Shown: positions 8,430 to 17,651 of the stretch, piece after piece | How the letters are laid out: every line of letters begins with the position of its first letter | How positions within the stretch are numbered: position 1 is the first letter of the stretch | Source: an uncultured Collinsella sp. | GTDB taxonomy: Bacteria; Actinomycetota; Coriobacteriia; Coriobacteriales; Coriobacteriaceae | Assembly: GCA_958354105.1 (NCBI GenBank) | Contig: CATWVA010000001.1 | Coordinates: 202,501-266,500, forward strand | Length of the DNA stretch: 64,000 bases | Direction: 5' to 3' | The notes under the pieces: generated by a model | What the model was told of the DNA's origin: nothing | Database searches by the model: none | The model's input: only the letters and a program-made list of their open reading frames with translations | Program-made: the position numbers and the translations under genes

Positions 8430-8484
8430 CACCTAACTGCCACCTACAACAACGGAAGCGCCGATGTCTTGGCAACGACAGCGA

Positions 8485-8583
8485 AAACCCGCCAGAGCGA
8501 GCAAGGTGCCTTGAAACAAGGCGGCATTGACCTTCTGGTCATGCCGCCGAAGTTGAAAGGCAGATTGCCGCGCTGGCGGGTTT
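8485..8583. repeat. about 100-nt compound palindromic element, copy 1
   Basis: Outer stem aaacccgccag/ctggcgggttt; middle stem tgcctt/aaggca; internal loops gaaacaa and gaagttg; inner stem ggcggcat/atgccgcc; apex gacc-ttct-ggtc. Same architecture as 20662-20761. Confidence 0.75.
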
Positions 8584-8596
8584 GCAGCGTCGACCG

Positions 8597-8624
8597 GTTA
8601 CGCGGTTTGGTAAAACCGCGTAAC
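8597..8624 (-). other. 12-bp perfect hairpin abutting the tyrS stop codon
   Basis: gttacgcggttt-ggta-aaaccgcgtaac. No U-tract follows on either strand, so a terminator function is uncertain. Confidence 0.35.
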
Positions 8625-9835
8625 TAAATAAGCTTGAAGCCCTTACGCTTGCCCACGGAGAGGGTGTCGCCCAGTTTGAGGGCGCTGGGATCGATGTTAT
8701 AGCTCTTGGGAGCCACGGCCTTGCCGTTGATCTTGACGCCGCCGCCGTCGATATCGCGACGAGCCTGGCCGGCGCTCGCCGAAAGACCCAAGTCCTTGAG
8801 CAGGCCGGCGAGGTAGATCTGGCCCTCGTCGTTAACAGTCAGCTCAACGTGCTTCTCGGGGAAGTCGGCGAGCTGGCCCTCCTTGAACACGCGGTCGAAC
8901 TCGGCCTGAGCCTCGTCGCCGGCACCGGCGCCGTGGTAGGTGTCGCACAGGTCGCGGCCCAGAGCGCGCTTGAGCTCGTAGGGGTCGGCAGAACCATCGG
9001 CCAGGGCAGCGTCGATCTTGTCGACCTCTGCCGGGGTGAGCGAGCTGGCCAGACGATAGTACTTGCCGATCATCTCATCGGGGATGGACATGGTCTTGCC
9101 GAACATATCCTTGGGGGCGTCGGTCAGGCCGATGTAGTTGCCGTAGGACTTGGACATCTTGCGCACGCCATCGGTGCCCTCGAGCAGCGGCATGGTAAGC
9201 GCGATCTGCGGCTCCATACCCATCTTCTCCATGAGCTCGCGACCAGCGAGCAGGTTGAAGAGCTGGTCGGTGCCGCCCATCTCCACGTCGGCCTTGATCT
9301 GAACGGAGTCGAAGGCCTGCATCACGGGGTACAGGAACTCGTGCAGGGCGATCGGCGTCTGGGACTGGTAGCGCTTGGTAAAGTCATCGCGCTCGAGGAT
9401 GCGGGCGACGGTGAACTTGGAGCACACCTGCAGCAGACCGGCCAGATCCATCGACAGGATCCAGTCGCCGTTGTGCACGATGGTGGTCTTCTCGGGATCC
9501 AGAATCTTCATGGCCTGGCTCACGTAGGTCTCGGCGTTGGCCTCGATCTGCTCCTGCGAAAGCTGCGGGCGGGTGGAATTCTTGCCCGAGGGGTCGCCAA
9601 TCAGCGCAGTACCGTTGCCGATGATGAGGGTGACGTTGTGGCCCAGGTCCTGGAACTGACGCATCTTGCGCAGCGGCACGGCGTGGCCCAAGTGCAGGTC
9701 GGGGCTGGTGGGGTCGACGCCGAGCTTGATGTTGAGGGGCTCGCCCTTCTCAAGCTTCTTGCGAAGGTCGGCCTCGGGGACGATCTGCGCGGCGCCCGAG
9801 GTGATGATACGCATTTGCTCGTCAACAGACAGCAT
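8624..9835 (-). CDS. tyrS: tyrosine--tRNA ligase
   Basis: HLGH and KMSKS class-I motifs and a C-terminal S4-like domain. I chose the start at ATG 9835 (MLSVDEQMRI), preceded by AAAGGAGGA; the track ORF is longer. Confidence 0.93.
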   Translation of the reverse strand: MLSVDEQMRIITSGAAQIVPEADLRKKLEKGEPLNIKLGVDPTSPDLHLGHAVPLRKMRQFQDLGHNVTLIIGNGTALIGDPSGKNSTRPQLSQEQIEANAETYVSQAMKILDPEKTTIVHNGDWILSMDLAGLLQVCSKFTVARILERDDFTKRYQSQTPIALHEFLYPVMQAFDSVQIKADVEMGGTDQLFNLLAGRELMEKMGMEPQIALTMPLLEGTDGVRKMSKSYGNYIGLTDAPKDMFGKTMSIPDEMIGKYYRLASSLTPAEVDKIDAALADGSADPYELKRALGRDLCDTYHGAGAGDEAQAEFDRVFKEGQLADFPEKHVELTVNDEGQIYLAGLLKDLGLSASAGQARRDIDGGGVKINGKAVAPKSYNIDPSALKLGDTLSVGKRKGFKLI

Positions 9836-9931
9836 TGGGTATCCTCCTTTTGCTATAGCACCCTCACCGGATACGGCGGTGCTGGAAGTCCATAAACTCT
9901 CATATGATAACAAACTGACGCGACGCGGCAC

Positions 9932-11890
9932 CTACGACAGGAAAATCCTCGTCCTGCCGCACGCGTCAACGGCGACCGGCAGACGTGTACCGTCACGCTC
10001 GACCAGATAGCGTACCCGCCGACGACGCAAGCAGTCGCGGCAACGGACCTGTCCCGTCGCATCGGTAGCGCAGACGCCCTCGGCGGTCAGCAGGCAGTGC
10101 TCGCACACCATAAGCTCGGGACGATCGGCGTCGACCGGACCCCAGACGCCGGGTTCAGCAGCCAGTTCGGCAATACGCTCCGCATCATTGCCGAGCAACT
10201 CGGCCGGCAAGTACACCCGCCCCGCACCGAGTTCGCGCAGCCAGGCAAGCGTGGCCCGATTCGCGCAGAACACCGGCGCCGCCACGTCAAACGTCACGCC
10301 CAGCTCGCGAGCGATCACCACCTGTCCTAGGTTGCGGCAGACGACGCGCCCGGCACGCTGTGTCAGTGAGCGGGTCCGGTCAGCGTCACCCGTGCGGCAC
10401 ACCTCGTCAAGCACCACAGCGGCGTCGGACAAATCGAGTTCTCCGCGCGGGTCGGCATCCATCAGCTGCCAAGCAAAAACCATGCGAGCGGGAGCCGTGC
10501 ACTCCACCAACTCCGTCGACGCACCGCCATCCACCGCAACGTCCTCAAAGGGCAGTACCTCAACGGCACGTGCAACGGGCGCAATCGCATCTGCCTCGGC
10601 CCGCATGCGCTCCAACACCGTTGCCGTTTGCCCCAGCACGCCGGCACTGCGAATCAGGTACACCTCGCAGCCCGCGTCCACCTTACGCTTGCAATGCACG
10701 ACGACGCGCTTCCCCGCTGCGGCATCCACCGGGCAGGGCACCTGCGGCCAGCGCTTGGGCACATCGGGACGCGCGTCGGCACCCGGATAGAACCGAATCT
10801 CGAGCGTGTCACCCGCCGCCACGGCGGCATCGAGCTCGACGGTCACTTCCTCGTGGCCAACGGCCACCAGGCGTCCCACGCGCACACCTTGGTTGATCGC
10901 ACGCTCAAAGCTCATAAGCTCGGCGCCCGAACGCCCCCGCAGATACGCGTCGGTAAACCCGCGGTTGAACGACCGGCCCAGCTCGCGTTCAAGCTCTTCC
11001 ACGGCACCGGGGTCCCACGCGCCGTCGCACAGCATATCGAGCGCCCGGCGCCACACCCGCACCACGTTAAAGACGTAGTCGGGATTCTTCATGCGCCCCT
11101 CGATCTTGAGCGACGCCACGCCGGCATCTACAAGCTCGGGCAGATGCGCAATACCCAGATAGTCGCGCGGGCACAGCAGGCGATCTCCCTCGACGGCGAC
11201 AACGCTCTGTCCCGCCTCGTCCACCAGGTCGTACGCCAGACGGCACGGCTGTGTGCATTCCCCGCGCATCGCCGAGCGCCCGCGTCTCAGGGCTGAGAAC
11301 TCACAAGCACCCGAGTAGCCAATGCAGATGGCCCCGTGGCAGAACACCTCGATAGGCACGCCCGTACCGCACAAGGAGGCAATCTCGTCGACCGTCAGCT
11401 CGCGTGCCGTCGTCACGCGTTCGACCCCCAGCTCATCGGCGGCAAGCCGCACGGCGCCTTCGCTATGAGCGCCCGCCTGCGTGGACAGGTGAATCTCGAC
11501 CCCGGGAATCGCCGCGCGCAGCGCGCAGGCCAACCCGGCATCGGCGACAATCAGAGCATCGGCGCCCAGCTCTAGTGCATGAGCTCCCAACGCCACCGCG
11601 TCGGACAACTCGTCGTCAAATACGAACACGTTGAGCGTTACGTACACACGCACGCCATGGGCATGCGCCACGGCGCAGCCGCGTGCAAACTCGTCGTCGG
11701 TAAAACCGTGCGCACTCACACGGGCGTTAAAGCCGCCCAACCCCGCATAGATGGCATCGGCACCCGCGGCGATGGCCGCAAGCATCTGGTCGAGCCCGCC
11801 CGCCGGCGCCAGCAGCTCGGGCAGCGCCGCACCGGCAGCATCCAATCCAGTCTCGTATTGTCCGCTCGGCCCCATCGTCCGAATCGCCAT
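9932..11890 (-). CDS. U32 family protein (peptidase U32 / O2-independent hydroxylase family), long form
   Basis: PELLAPAGGLDQMLAAIAAGADAIYAGL N-terminus and a Cys-rich central motif typical of U32. Start at ATG 11890 (MAIRT), preceded by AAGGAG. Confidence 0.85.
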   Translation of the reverse strand: MAIRTMGPSGQYETGLDAAGAALPELLAPAGGLDQMLAAIAAGADAIYAGLGGFNARVSAHGFTDDEFARGCAVAHAHGVRVYVTLNVFVFDDELSDAVALGAHALELGADALIVADAGLACALRAAIPGVEIHLSTQAGAHSEGAVRLAADELGVERVTTARELTVDEIASLCGTGVPIEVFCHGAICIGYSGACEFSALRRGRSAMRGECTQPCRLAYDLVDEAGQSVVAVEGDRLLCPRDYLGIAHLPELVDAGVASLKIEGRMKNPDYVFNVVRVWRRALDMLCDGAWDPGAVEELERELGRSFNRGFTDAYLRGRSGAELMSFERAINQGVRVGRLVAVGHEEVTVELDAAVAAGDTLEIRFYPGADARPDVPKRWPQVPCPVDAAAGKRVVVHCKRKVDAGCEVYLIRSAGVLGQTATVLERMRAEADAIAPVARAVEVLPFEDVAVDGGASTELVECTAPARMVFAWQLMDADPRGELDLSDAAVVLDEVCRTGDADRTRSLTQRAGRVVCRNLGQVVIARELGVTFDVAAPVFCANRATLAWLRELGAGRVYLPAELLGNDAERIAELAAEPGVWGPVDADRPELMVCEHCLLTAEGVCATDATGQVRCRDCLRRRRVRYLVERDGTRLPVAVDACGRTRIFLS

Positions 11891-12052
11891 CGACAAACTC
11901 CTTACCAAGGTATGCATTCACTCTGAAAAATGCCGTCTTCCAGCATACACGAGGCCTCGCGCGCCCCGTTTGGTTTATCGTGTAATAACTTATGTCCATC
12001 CTGCCCCGACGGCACATCCACCGTCCGGCACGACATACCTGGAGGTCAATAT

Positions 12053-14281
12053 ATGGGTCCTCGCCAACGACAGGGACGCAGCCGTTCAAAGACGCATGCT
12101 CTGCCCATAATCCTGCTCTCGTTTTTGGGCTTTTTGCTTATCGCGGGCGTGGCATTTGGCATCGGCATGGTCGGCAACGTCAACCGCTGGCTGTCCGATC
12201 TGCCCGACTACACCGACGCCAACGCGTATCTGGTGAGCGAGCCCACCGAGATCGTCGACTGCAACGGCAACAAGATTGCGAGCTTCTACACGCAAAACCG
12301 CAAGTCTATCACCAAGGACGAGGTCTCCCCCTACGTGCTGCAGGGCACCGTTGACGTCGAGGACGAGCGCTTCTACGAGCACGGCGGTATCGACCTGTGG
12401 GGTATCGCGCGCGCTGCGGTGGCAACCCTCGGCGGCGGTCACGAAGGCGCCTCGACTATCACCCAGCAGCTGGTGCGCAACACCATCCTGCAGGAGGAGC
12501 AGTTCGACTCGACCATCGAGCGTAAGGTGCGCGAGGCTTACATCGCCGTCAAGATGGAGGATATGTACTCCAAAGACGAGATCCTCATGATGTACCTCAA
12601 CACCATCTATTACGGCCACGGCGCCTACGGTATCGAGGCCGCCGCCGAGACCTACCTATCCAAGAGCGCCGCCGACCTCACCCTGAGCGAAGCCGCGCTG
12701 TTGATCGGCCTTCCCAACTCGCCCTCGCAGTACGACCCCACGGTCAACCCCGACCTGGCGCTGTCCCGTCGCAACAAGGTCCTCGACAACATGTTGCGCC
12801 TGGGCCACATCACGCAGGAGGAGCACGATGCCGCACAGGCCGAGCCCATCACCCTCAACGTGACCGAGATTTCGGGCAGCGGCGTCGACGTATACTCGCA
12901 GCCCTACTTTGTCGCCTATGTTAAGCAGCTGCTGGAGCAGGAGTTCTCGACCGACGTGCTCTTTAAGGGCGGTCTGACCGTCAAGACCACCATCGATCCC
13001 ACGATGCAGCAGGTGGCAGAGAATGCCGTTCGCGAGCAGCTCGACACGCTCTCGCTCGACGGCCTGGACATGGGCATGGTCGTCGTCGACCCCAAGACCG
13101 GCTACATCAAGTGCATGGTGGGCGGCTACGACTACAACGCCGACGAGAACCACGTAAACCATGCCACGGCCAAGCGTCCCGTCGGCTCCACCTTTAAGGC
13201 CTTTACGCTGGCAACTGCCATCCAAAACGGCATGAACCCCAACGTCACCCTCAACTGCAACTCGCCGCTCAAGGCCAAGGGCACCACGACCGAGGTCCAA
13301 AACTACGCCAACCATAGCTATGGCAACATCACGCTTAAGCAGGCGACGGCATACTCCTCCAACACCGGCTACATCCAGGTGGCGGAAGCCGTCGGCAACA
13401 GCAAGATCATCTCGCTCGTCAAAAAGCTCGGCATCGATCCCGCCAAGGACAACATCGAGGACGTTCCCGTCATGACGCTCGGCACCGGCTCGATCTCGCC
13501 GCTCGAGATGGCCGCCGCCTACGCAACGTTTGCCAATGGCGGCTACTATCGCCAGCCGATCGCCATCACCGAGATTGACTCTCGTACCGGCTCGGTGCTG
13601 TACCAGCACACTGACAATCCCTCACAGGTGCTTACCGAGGGCGAGGCCGCCGCGGTCACCGATGTTCTGTCCGGCGTCATGCAGGGCGGCGGTACGGGCG
13701 CTGCCGGTGCCCTAAGCGTCAACCAGCCCTATGCCGGCAAGACGGGCACCACCGACAACACCACCAACCTGTGGTTCTGCGGCTATACCCCGCAGCTGGC
13801 GTGCGCCCTGTGGACCGGCTATTCCGCGGGCGAGATCCCCATCCAAAAGTACGGCACGGACCTGCTGGGCGACAGCACCAACCTGCCTGTCTTTAAGCGG
13901 TTTATGAACACCGTTCTGACCGGTACCGAGCGCGAGGAGTTTGCGACCGGAACGGCGCCCACCTACAAGAACAACAGCGTCTGGAAGTTCTACGGCACCA
14001 ACAACACCAAGAAGTCGGAGAACGACGACAAGGACAAGGACGAAGAGGAAGAGGAAACCACCACAACGACTACCACGACGACCACGACCACCGAGACCAC
14101 GGGCGGCGACACCACCGGCGGCACCGGTACGACCGGTGGCTCGACGGGTGGCTCCACTGGTGGTTCGACCGGCGGCGATGGCGGCACGCCTACGCCTACG
14201 CCTACGCCTACGCCTACGCCTACGCCTACGCCTACGCCCACTCCCGACCCCTCGCCCACGCCTGACGATACGGTCGGCTAA
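12053..14281 (+). CDS. class A penicillin-binding protein (transglycosylase/transpeptidase, PBP1A-type) with a low-complexity C-terminal tail
   Basis: GT51 motif EDERFYEHGGID and transpeptidase motifs STFK, SSN and KTGT. N-terminal TM segment. Start at ATG 12053 after GGAGG. The tail is poly-Thr, GGST repeats and (TP)9. Confidence 0.9.
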   Translation: MGPRQRQGRSRSKTHALPIILLSFLGFLLIAGVAFGIGMVGNVNRWLSDLPDYTDANAYLVSEPTEIVDCNGNKIASFYTQNRKSITKDEVSPYVLQGTVDVEDERFYEHGGIDLWGIARAAVATLGGGHEGASTITQQLVRNTILQEEQFDSTIERKVREAYIAVKMEDMYSKDEILMMYLNTIYYGHGAYGIEAAAETYLSKSAADLTLSEAALLIGLPNSPSQYDPTVNPDLALSRRNKVLDNMLRLGHITQEEHDAAQAEPITLNVTEISGSGVDVYSQPYFVAYVKQLLEQEFSTDVLFKGGLTVKTTIDPTMQQVAENAVREQLDTLSLDGLDMGMVVVDPKTGYIKCMVGGYDYNADENHVNHATAKRPVGSTFKAFTLATAIQNGMNPNVTLNCNSPLKAKGTTTEVQNYANHSYGNITLKQATAYSSNTGYIQVAEAVGNSKIISLVKKLGIDPAKDNIEDVPVMTLGTGSISPLEMAAAYATFANGGYYRQPIAITEIDSRTGSVLYQHTDNPSQVLTEGEAAAVTDVLSGVMQGGGTGAAGALSVNQPYAGKTGTTDNTTNLWFCGYTPQLACALWTGYSAGEIPIQKYGTDLLGDSTNLPVFKRFMNTVLTGTEREEFATGTAPTYKNNSVWKFYGTNNTKKSENDDKDKDEEEEETTTTTTTTTTTTETTGGDTTGGTGTTGGSTGGSTGGSTGGDGGTPTPTPTPTPTPTPTPTPTPDPSPTPDDTVG
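14186..14239 (+). repeat. hexanucleotide tandem repeat (ACGCCT)8 plus ACGCCC, encoding (TP)9
   Basis: Nine consecutive 6-nt units read directly in the sequence, in frame within the PBP tail. Confidence 0.95.
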
Positions 14282-14304
14282 GAAGTACGCGACTAAAGCC
14301 AACA

Positions 14305-14348
14305 AGGCCCCGAGCAGCTTATTGAACTGCTCGGGGCCTTTTAGTTTG
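14305..14348 (+). terminator. rho-independent terminator after the PBP gene
   Basis: 14-bp perfect stem aaggccccgagcag/ctgctcggggcctt with a 9-nt loop and a T-rich tail. Confidence 0.8.
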
Positions 14349-14380
14349 AAGCGACCTGGTGGGCGGTCTTTATACCGGCA

Positions 14381-14415
14381 AACAAAAAGGGGTACCGACC
14401 AACGTCGATGCCCCT
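14381..14415 (-). terminator. rho-independent terminator after argR
   Basis: Minus strand reads ggggcatcgac-gttg-gtcggtacccc (one mismatch, one wobble) followed by TTTTTGTTT. Confidence 0.6.
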
Positions 14416-14465
14416 TACAAGCCACTATGTCAGCGCACACAATGCCGAGCGCACGACCCGCACAC

Positions 14466-14903
14466 CTACTTGCGAGAATTGCTCAACTTATTGATCAGCG
14501 CCTCGAGACGCTCGCCGTCCTCGGCCGTCTGGGCAATAACCAAAATCGTATCGTTGCCGGCAAGCGAGCCAAGCACATCGGGTAACTCTGCCGCATCAAC
14601 GGCGGCGGCGATGCCGGAAGCCGTGCCAGGCTGAGCCTTGATCATAACCAGATTATCAGTACGCAGAACGCCCGTTACGAGCTCGGAAACCATACGCTGC
14701 AGGTGCAGGTCCTCTGCCAGAACATAGATGCCCTCAGGGAGCTTACGCAGCCCCATATCGGCAATATCGCGAGAGACAGTCGCCTGCGTGCAATCAAAGC
14801 CCATAGCACGGAGCTCATCGACCAGCACGCGCTGCGTGCGGACATCCTTATTGCGCACAATATCTCTAATGGCATCCTGGCGCCCATTGCGTTTTTTAGC
14901 CAT
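14466..14903 (-). CDS. argR: arginine repressor
   Basis: 146 aa from ATG 14903 (MAKKRNGRQDAIRDIVRNKDVRTQ...). Winged-helix N-domain with ATVSRDI and a C-terminal GTIAGDDT-like segment (GSLAGNDTILV). Confidence 0.9.
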   Translation of the reverse strand: MAKKRNGRQDAIRDIVRNKDVRTQRVLVDELRAMGFDCTQATVSRDIADMGLRKLPEGIYVLAEDLHLQRMVSELVTGVLRTDNLVMIKAQPGTASGIAAAVDAAELPDVLGSLAGNDTILVIAQTAEDGERLEALINKLSNSRK

Positions 14904-15035
14904 ACAAACCCTCTCTCCAAAAGATGGCGGAGACAATCAATCAGTGATTGAATAGTTTAACGCTATTTGAAGGCTTTTGTGTATAAGAACGCATTTCGAA
15001 ACAATTCTATGCAAGTTTGTTTCGTAATGAGCCGT

Positions 15036-16076
15036 TTAGGCGGTTTTTGCGCCCGTCCGGTTAAGAAAAGCTGCCAGATGCGTACACATCACGCAGCGCG
15101 CGGGCTTGGCGCTGGCGATCGGCCCAAACAACAGACCGAGTCCCCGATGGTTATCCTTGAGCGCGGCGACCATCTGACGGGTTCGAGGCGCCTCGAGCAT
15201 ATCACGCATGCGGGCGGAACGCTCGATTGACGACACCCCATGCGGGCTCAGACACAAATTCTCGATGCAGGCGACCAGTCCGGCAAAGTAGAACTTTTGG
15301 CTTGCCAGCTTGAGCCGACCACCGCTATCTGCTTCCGAGAGTGAGTCCGCAAGCTCGTCGAGCGCTCGAGTGTCATCGGATATCCTGGCATACATGGTGG
15401 GATCAAAGGCATCTGTAAGCTTAGGTGCCGCCGCGTGGAAACAAGCGTCGCCGCAGCCGGACACGAATCGTGCCTGCGAGAGCGCATAAGCCATAAACTC
15501 AACCGTACGGTACGCCTTGCCGCGCGACAGGCATGCCTCAAACAGCGGACGGCTATACATCACGCCAGAGGTCTGAGCGACTAGGCCGCCCAAAATCAAC
15601 TGGGGCAGCCCAGTCACCATAGAAGACTCGTCTTCTATGGCAATAGAGGCAGCATCCAAGACGCGCGAATGACGCTCGCGATGCGCATCGTATCGATCGA
15701 GCGACACCGAGGGGAGCACAATGTCTGCCGCAGTATCGCACGCGATATCGACCATCTTGGAAAGGGCCTGCGGAGCAAACCACTCATCGGCGTTCATGGC
15801 GATGATTTGAGAGCCGCGCGAGGCATCAAAACCGGCACGAAGACAAGCGCCGCGCTTCGCGTCCTCGACGTCAATCAAATCAATATGGATGTCCCTGTCG
15901 GCAGCAACTTGAAGCGAATGGCGCACACCGGGCGCAGCATCGCGGCAGACAACGACAATCTGCAAATCGTAGAGGTCTTGGTTCTGGATACTCTCGAGCG
16001 CACGCATCGCATAGCTGGGCGAACCTTCTACCACAAGGATCACCGAAAGTCGCGGATGCGAACCACGTCGAACCAA
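15036..16076 (-). CDS. glycosyltransferase family 2-like protein
   Basis: 346 aa. The N-terminal LSVILVVEGSPSYAMRALESIQNQ segment is typical of GT2 Rossmann-like domains; the C-terminal half is not recognised. Confidence 0.55.
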   Translation of the reverse strand: MVRRGSHPRLSVILVVEGSPSYAMRALESIQNQDLYDLQIVVVCRDAAPGVRHSLQVAADRDIHIDLIDVEDAKRGACLRAGFDASRGSQIIAMNADEWFAPQALSKMVDIACDTAADIVLPSVSLDRYDAHRERHSRVLDAASIAIEDESSMVTGLPQLILGGLVAQTSGVMYSRPLFEACLSRGKAYRTVEFMAYALSQARFVSGCGDACFHAAAPKLTDAFDPTMYARISDDTRALDELADSLSEADSGGRLKLASQKFYFAGLVACIENLCLSPHGVSSIERSARMRDMLEAPRTRQMVAALKDNHRGLGLLFGPIASAKPARCVMCTHLAAFLNRTGAKTA

Positions 16077-16237
16077 ATTATCCGTCCTCTCGACAGCAAT
16101 GAATCAAACCGTGGTTCATGGTACACCCCGGCAATAAAAGCAATGAGACACCGGTTGCATTGCACGCCAAGAACAGATGTTGCACACGCGCAGCCCACAG
16201 ATGACAGGTGTCGACGCACGACACGTCGAGCCCTCCC

Positions 16238-17077
16238 CTAGTCGAGCACGACAAGCTCGGCGGGATCGTAATCCACGCCCATAAACGCAAGGCCGCAGGC
16301 AGGAGCCGTGGGGCCCGCAGCGGTACGGTCGCAAGCATCGATAACCTCGCGCATCCACTCGGGTTCACGGCGATGCATGCCAATCTCGACAAGCGTGCCC
16401 ACGATCGTACGGACCATCGAATGCAGAAACGCATTGCCCTCGATGGTAAACGTCAGGATGTCCTCGCCAAACGCAACCTCATGGCCAAATTCGGCACGCA
16501 TCACGCAGCGATGCGTGGGTTTGCCAACGGCCGAGGCAACCTTGCAAAAGCTTTTAAAGTCCTGCTCGCCCAGCAGCGCGGGGCAGGCAGAAGACATAGC
16601 CTCAACATCCAAGGGATAGCGATGCCACCACACGGCACCGCGGGACAGCACGGGGCGCGCATCGCGATCGGCAATACGGTATGTATACGTACGGGAATGC
16701 GCGTCAAAGCGTGCAGAAAAGCCTTTACGGGCCCTGTAGACCTCGTTTATGGCGATATCTTTGGGCAGCAGGGCATCCATGGCCCGCAGCCACCTACGGC
16801 GCGTCAGAGCGAGCTCAGCGTCCGTAACGGGCACGCTGATGTACTGAGCCACGGCATGCACGCCGGCATCGGTACGCCCCGCGCACGTCAGATCGATCGG
16901 GCGGCGAAGCAGCGTCTCGATGGCTCGACGTAGCTCACCAGCAACCGTCGTCTGTCCCGGCTGCTCGGCAAATCCGCTATACGACGAGCCATCATAGGCC
17001 ACACGAAATACGAGTGTGGCGTCAAGCTCGGAAATCGAATTGAAATCAGACGGCGCAGTCATGGGCGCTCCCAACAA
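16238..17077 (-). CDS. truA: tRNA pseudouridine(38-40) synthase
   Basis: VAYDGSSYSGFAEQPG and CAGRTDAGVHA (catalytic Asp). Conserved position downstream of rplQ. Confidence 0.92.
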   Translation of the reverse strand: MLGAPMTAPSDFNSISELDATLVFRVAYDGSSYSGFAEQPGQTTVAGELRRAIETLLRRPIDLTCAGRTDAGVHAVAQYISVPVTDAELALTRRRWLRAMDALLPKDIAINEVYRARKGFSARFDAHSRTYTYRIADRDARPVLSRGAVWWHRYPLDVEAMSSACPALLGEQDFKSFCKVASAVGKPTHRCVMRAEFGHEVAFGEDILTFTIEGNAFLHSMVRTIVGTLVEIGMHRREPEWMREVIDACDRTAAGPTAPACGLAFMGVDYDPAELVVLD

Positions 17078-17097
17078 ACAAGCAACGGTATCGCGAC

Positions 17098-17127
17098 AAA
17101 AAAGAGGGGTACGCGAACGTACCCCTC
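17098..17127 (-). terminator. rho-independent terminator after rplQ
   Basis: Minus strand reads gaggggtacg-ttcg-cgtacccctc followed by TTTTTT. Confidence 0.85.
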
Positions 17128-17153
17128 GAATATAGCCTATGCAGACGGAAAGT

Positions 17154-17621
17154 CTACTCAGCGGTCTCCTCAGCAGGAGCTTCCTCGACGGCCTCGACCT
17201 TCTTGGGAGCAGCGGCCTTCTTGGGGGCCGGAGCAGCCTTCTTGGCCTTAGGCGTGCAAGGCTCGGTGACGAGCTCCATGATAACGATGGGAGCGTTGTC
17301 GCCCTTGCGGTTGCCGAGCTTCATGATGCGGGTGTAACCGCCGTTGCGGTCCTGCCACATGCCCTGGGCAGCCTTGTCGAAGATCTCGGCAACGAGCTGC
17401 TTATCGCCGAGCTTGGCGATAGCCAGACGACGAGAGTGCAGGTCGCCTTTCTTGGCCCAAGTGATGATCGGGTCGACGACCGAACGCAGCGCCTTAGCGC
17501 GGGTCTCGGTGGTCTTGATGCGGTCGTTCTCGAAGAGGGCCTTAGCAAGGCTCTTCTTCATGGCCTTGGTGTGGCTCGCATCGGTGCCGAGCTTCAGGCC
17601 CTTCTTAACGTTGTGACGCAT
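17154..17621 (-). CDS. rplQ: 50S ribosomal protein L17
   Basis: MRHNVKKGLKLGTDASH ... GGYTRIMKLGNRKGD. Lys/Ala/Pro-rich C-terminal tail. Operon position. Confidence 0.96.
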   Translation of the reverse strand: MRHNVKKGLKLGTDASHTKAMKKSLAKALFENDRIKTTETRAKALRSVVDPIITWAKKGDLHSRRLAIAKLGDKQLVAEIFDKAAQGMWQDRNGGYTRIMKLGNRKGDNAPIVIMELVTEPCTPKAKKAAPAPKKAAAPKKVEAVEEAPAEETAE

Positions 17622-17651
17622 GGTCTAGTTTCTCCTCAAATATGCGAAGCA

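Noticed and set aside
9836-9931. T-box leader upstream of tyrS.
   Set aside because: Only 96 nt separate tyrS from the preceding U32 gene, which is too short for a T-box. No specifier or T-box sequence is evident.
14904-15035. ARG-box operators upstream of argR.
   Set aside because: The region is AT-rich and contains TGAAT/ATTCA fragments, but I could not find a convincing 18-bp ARG-box palindrome by eye. Left unannotated.
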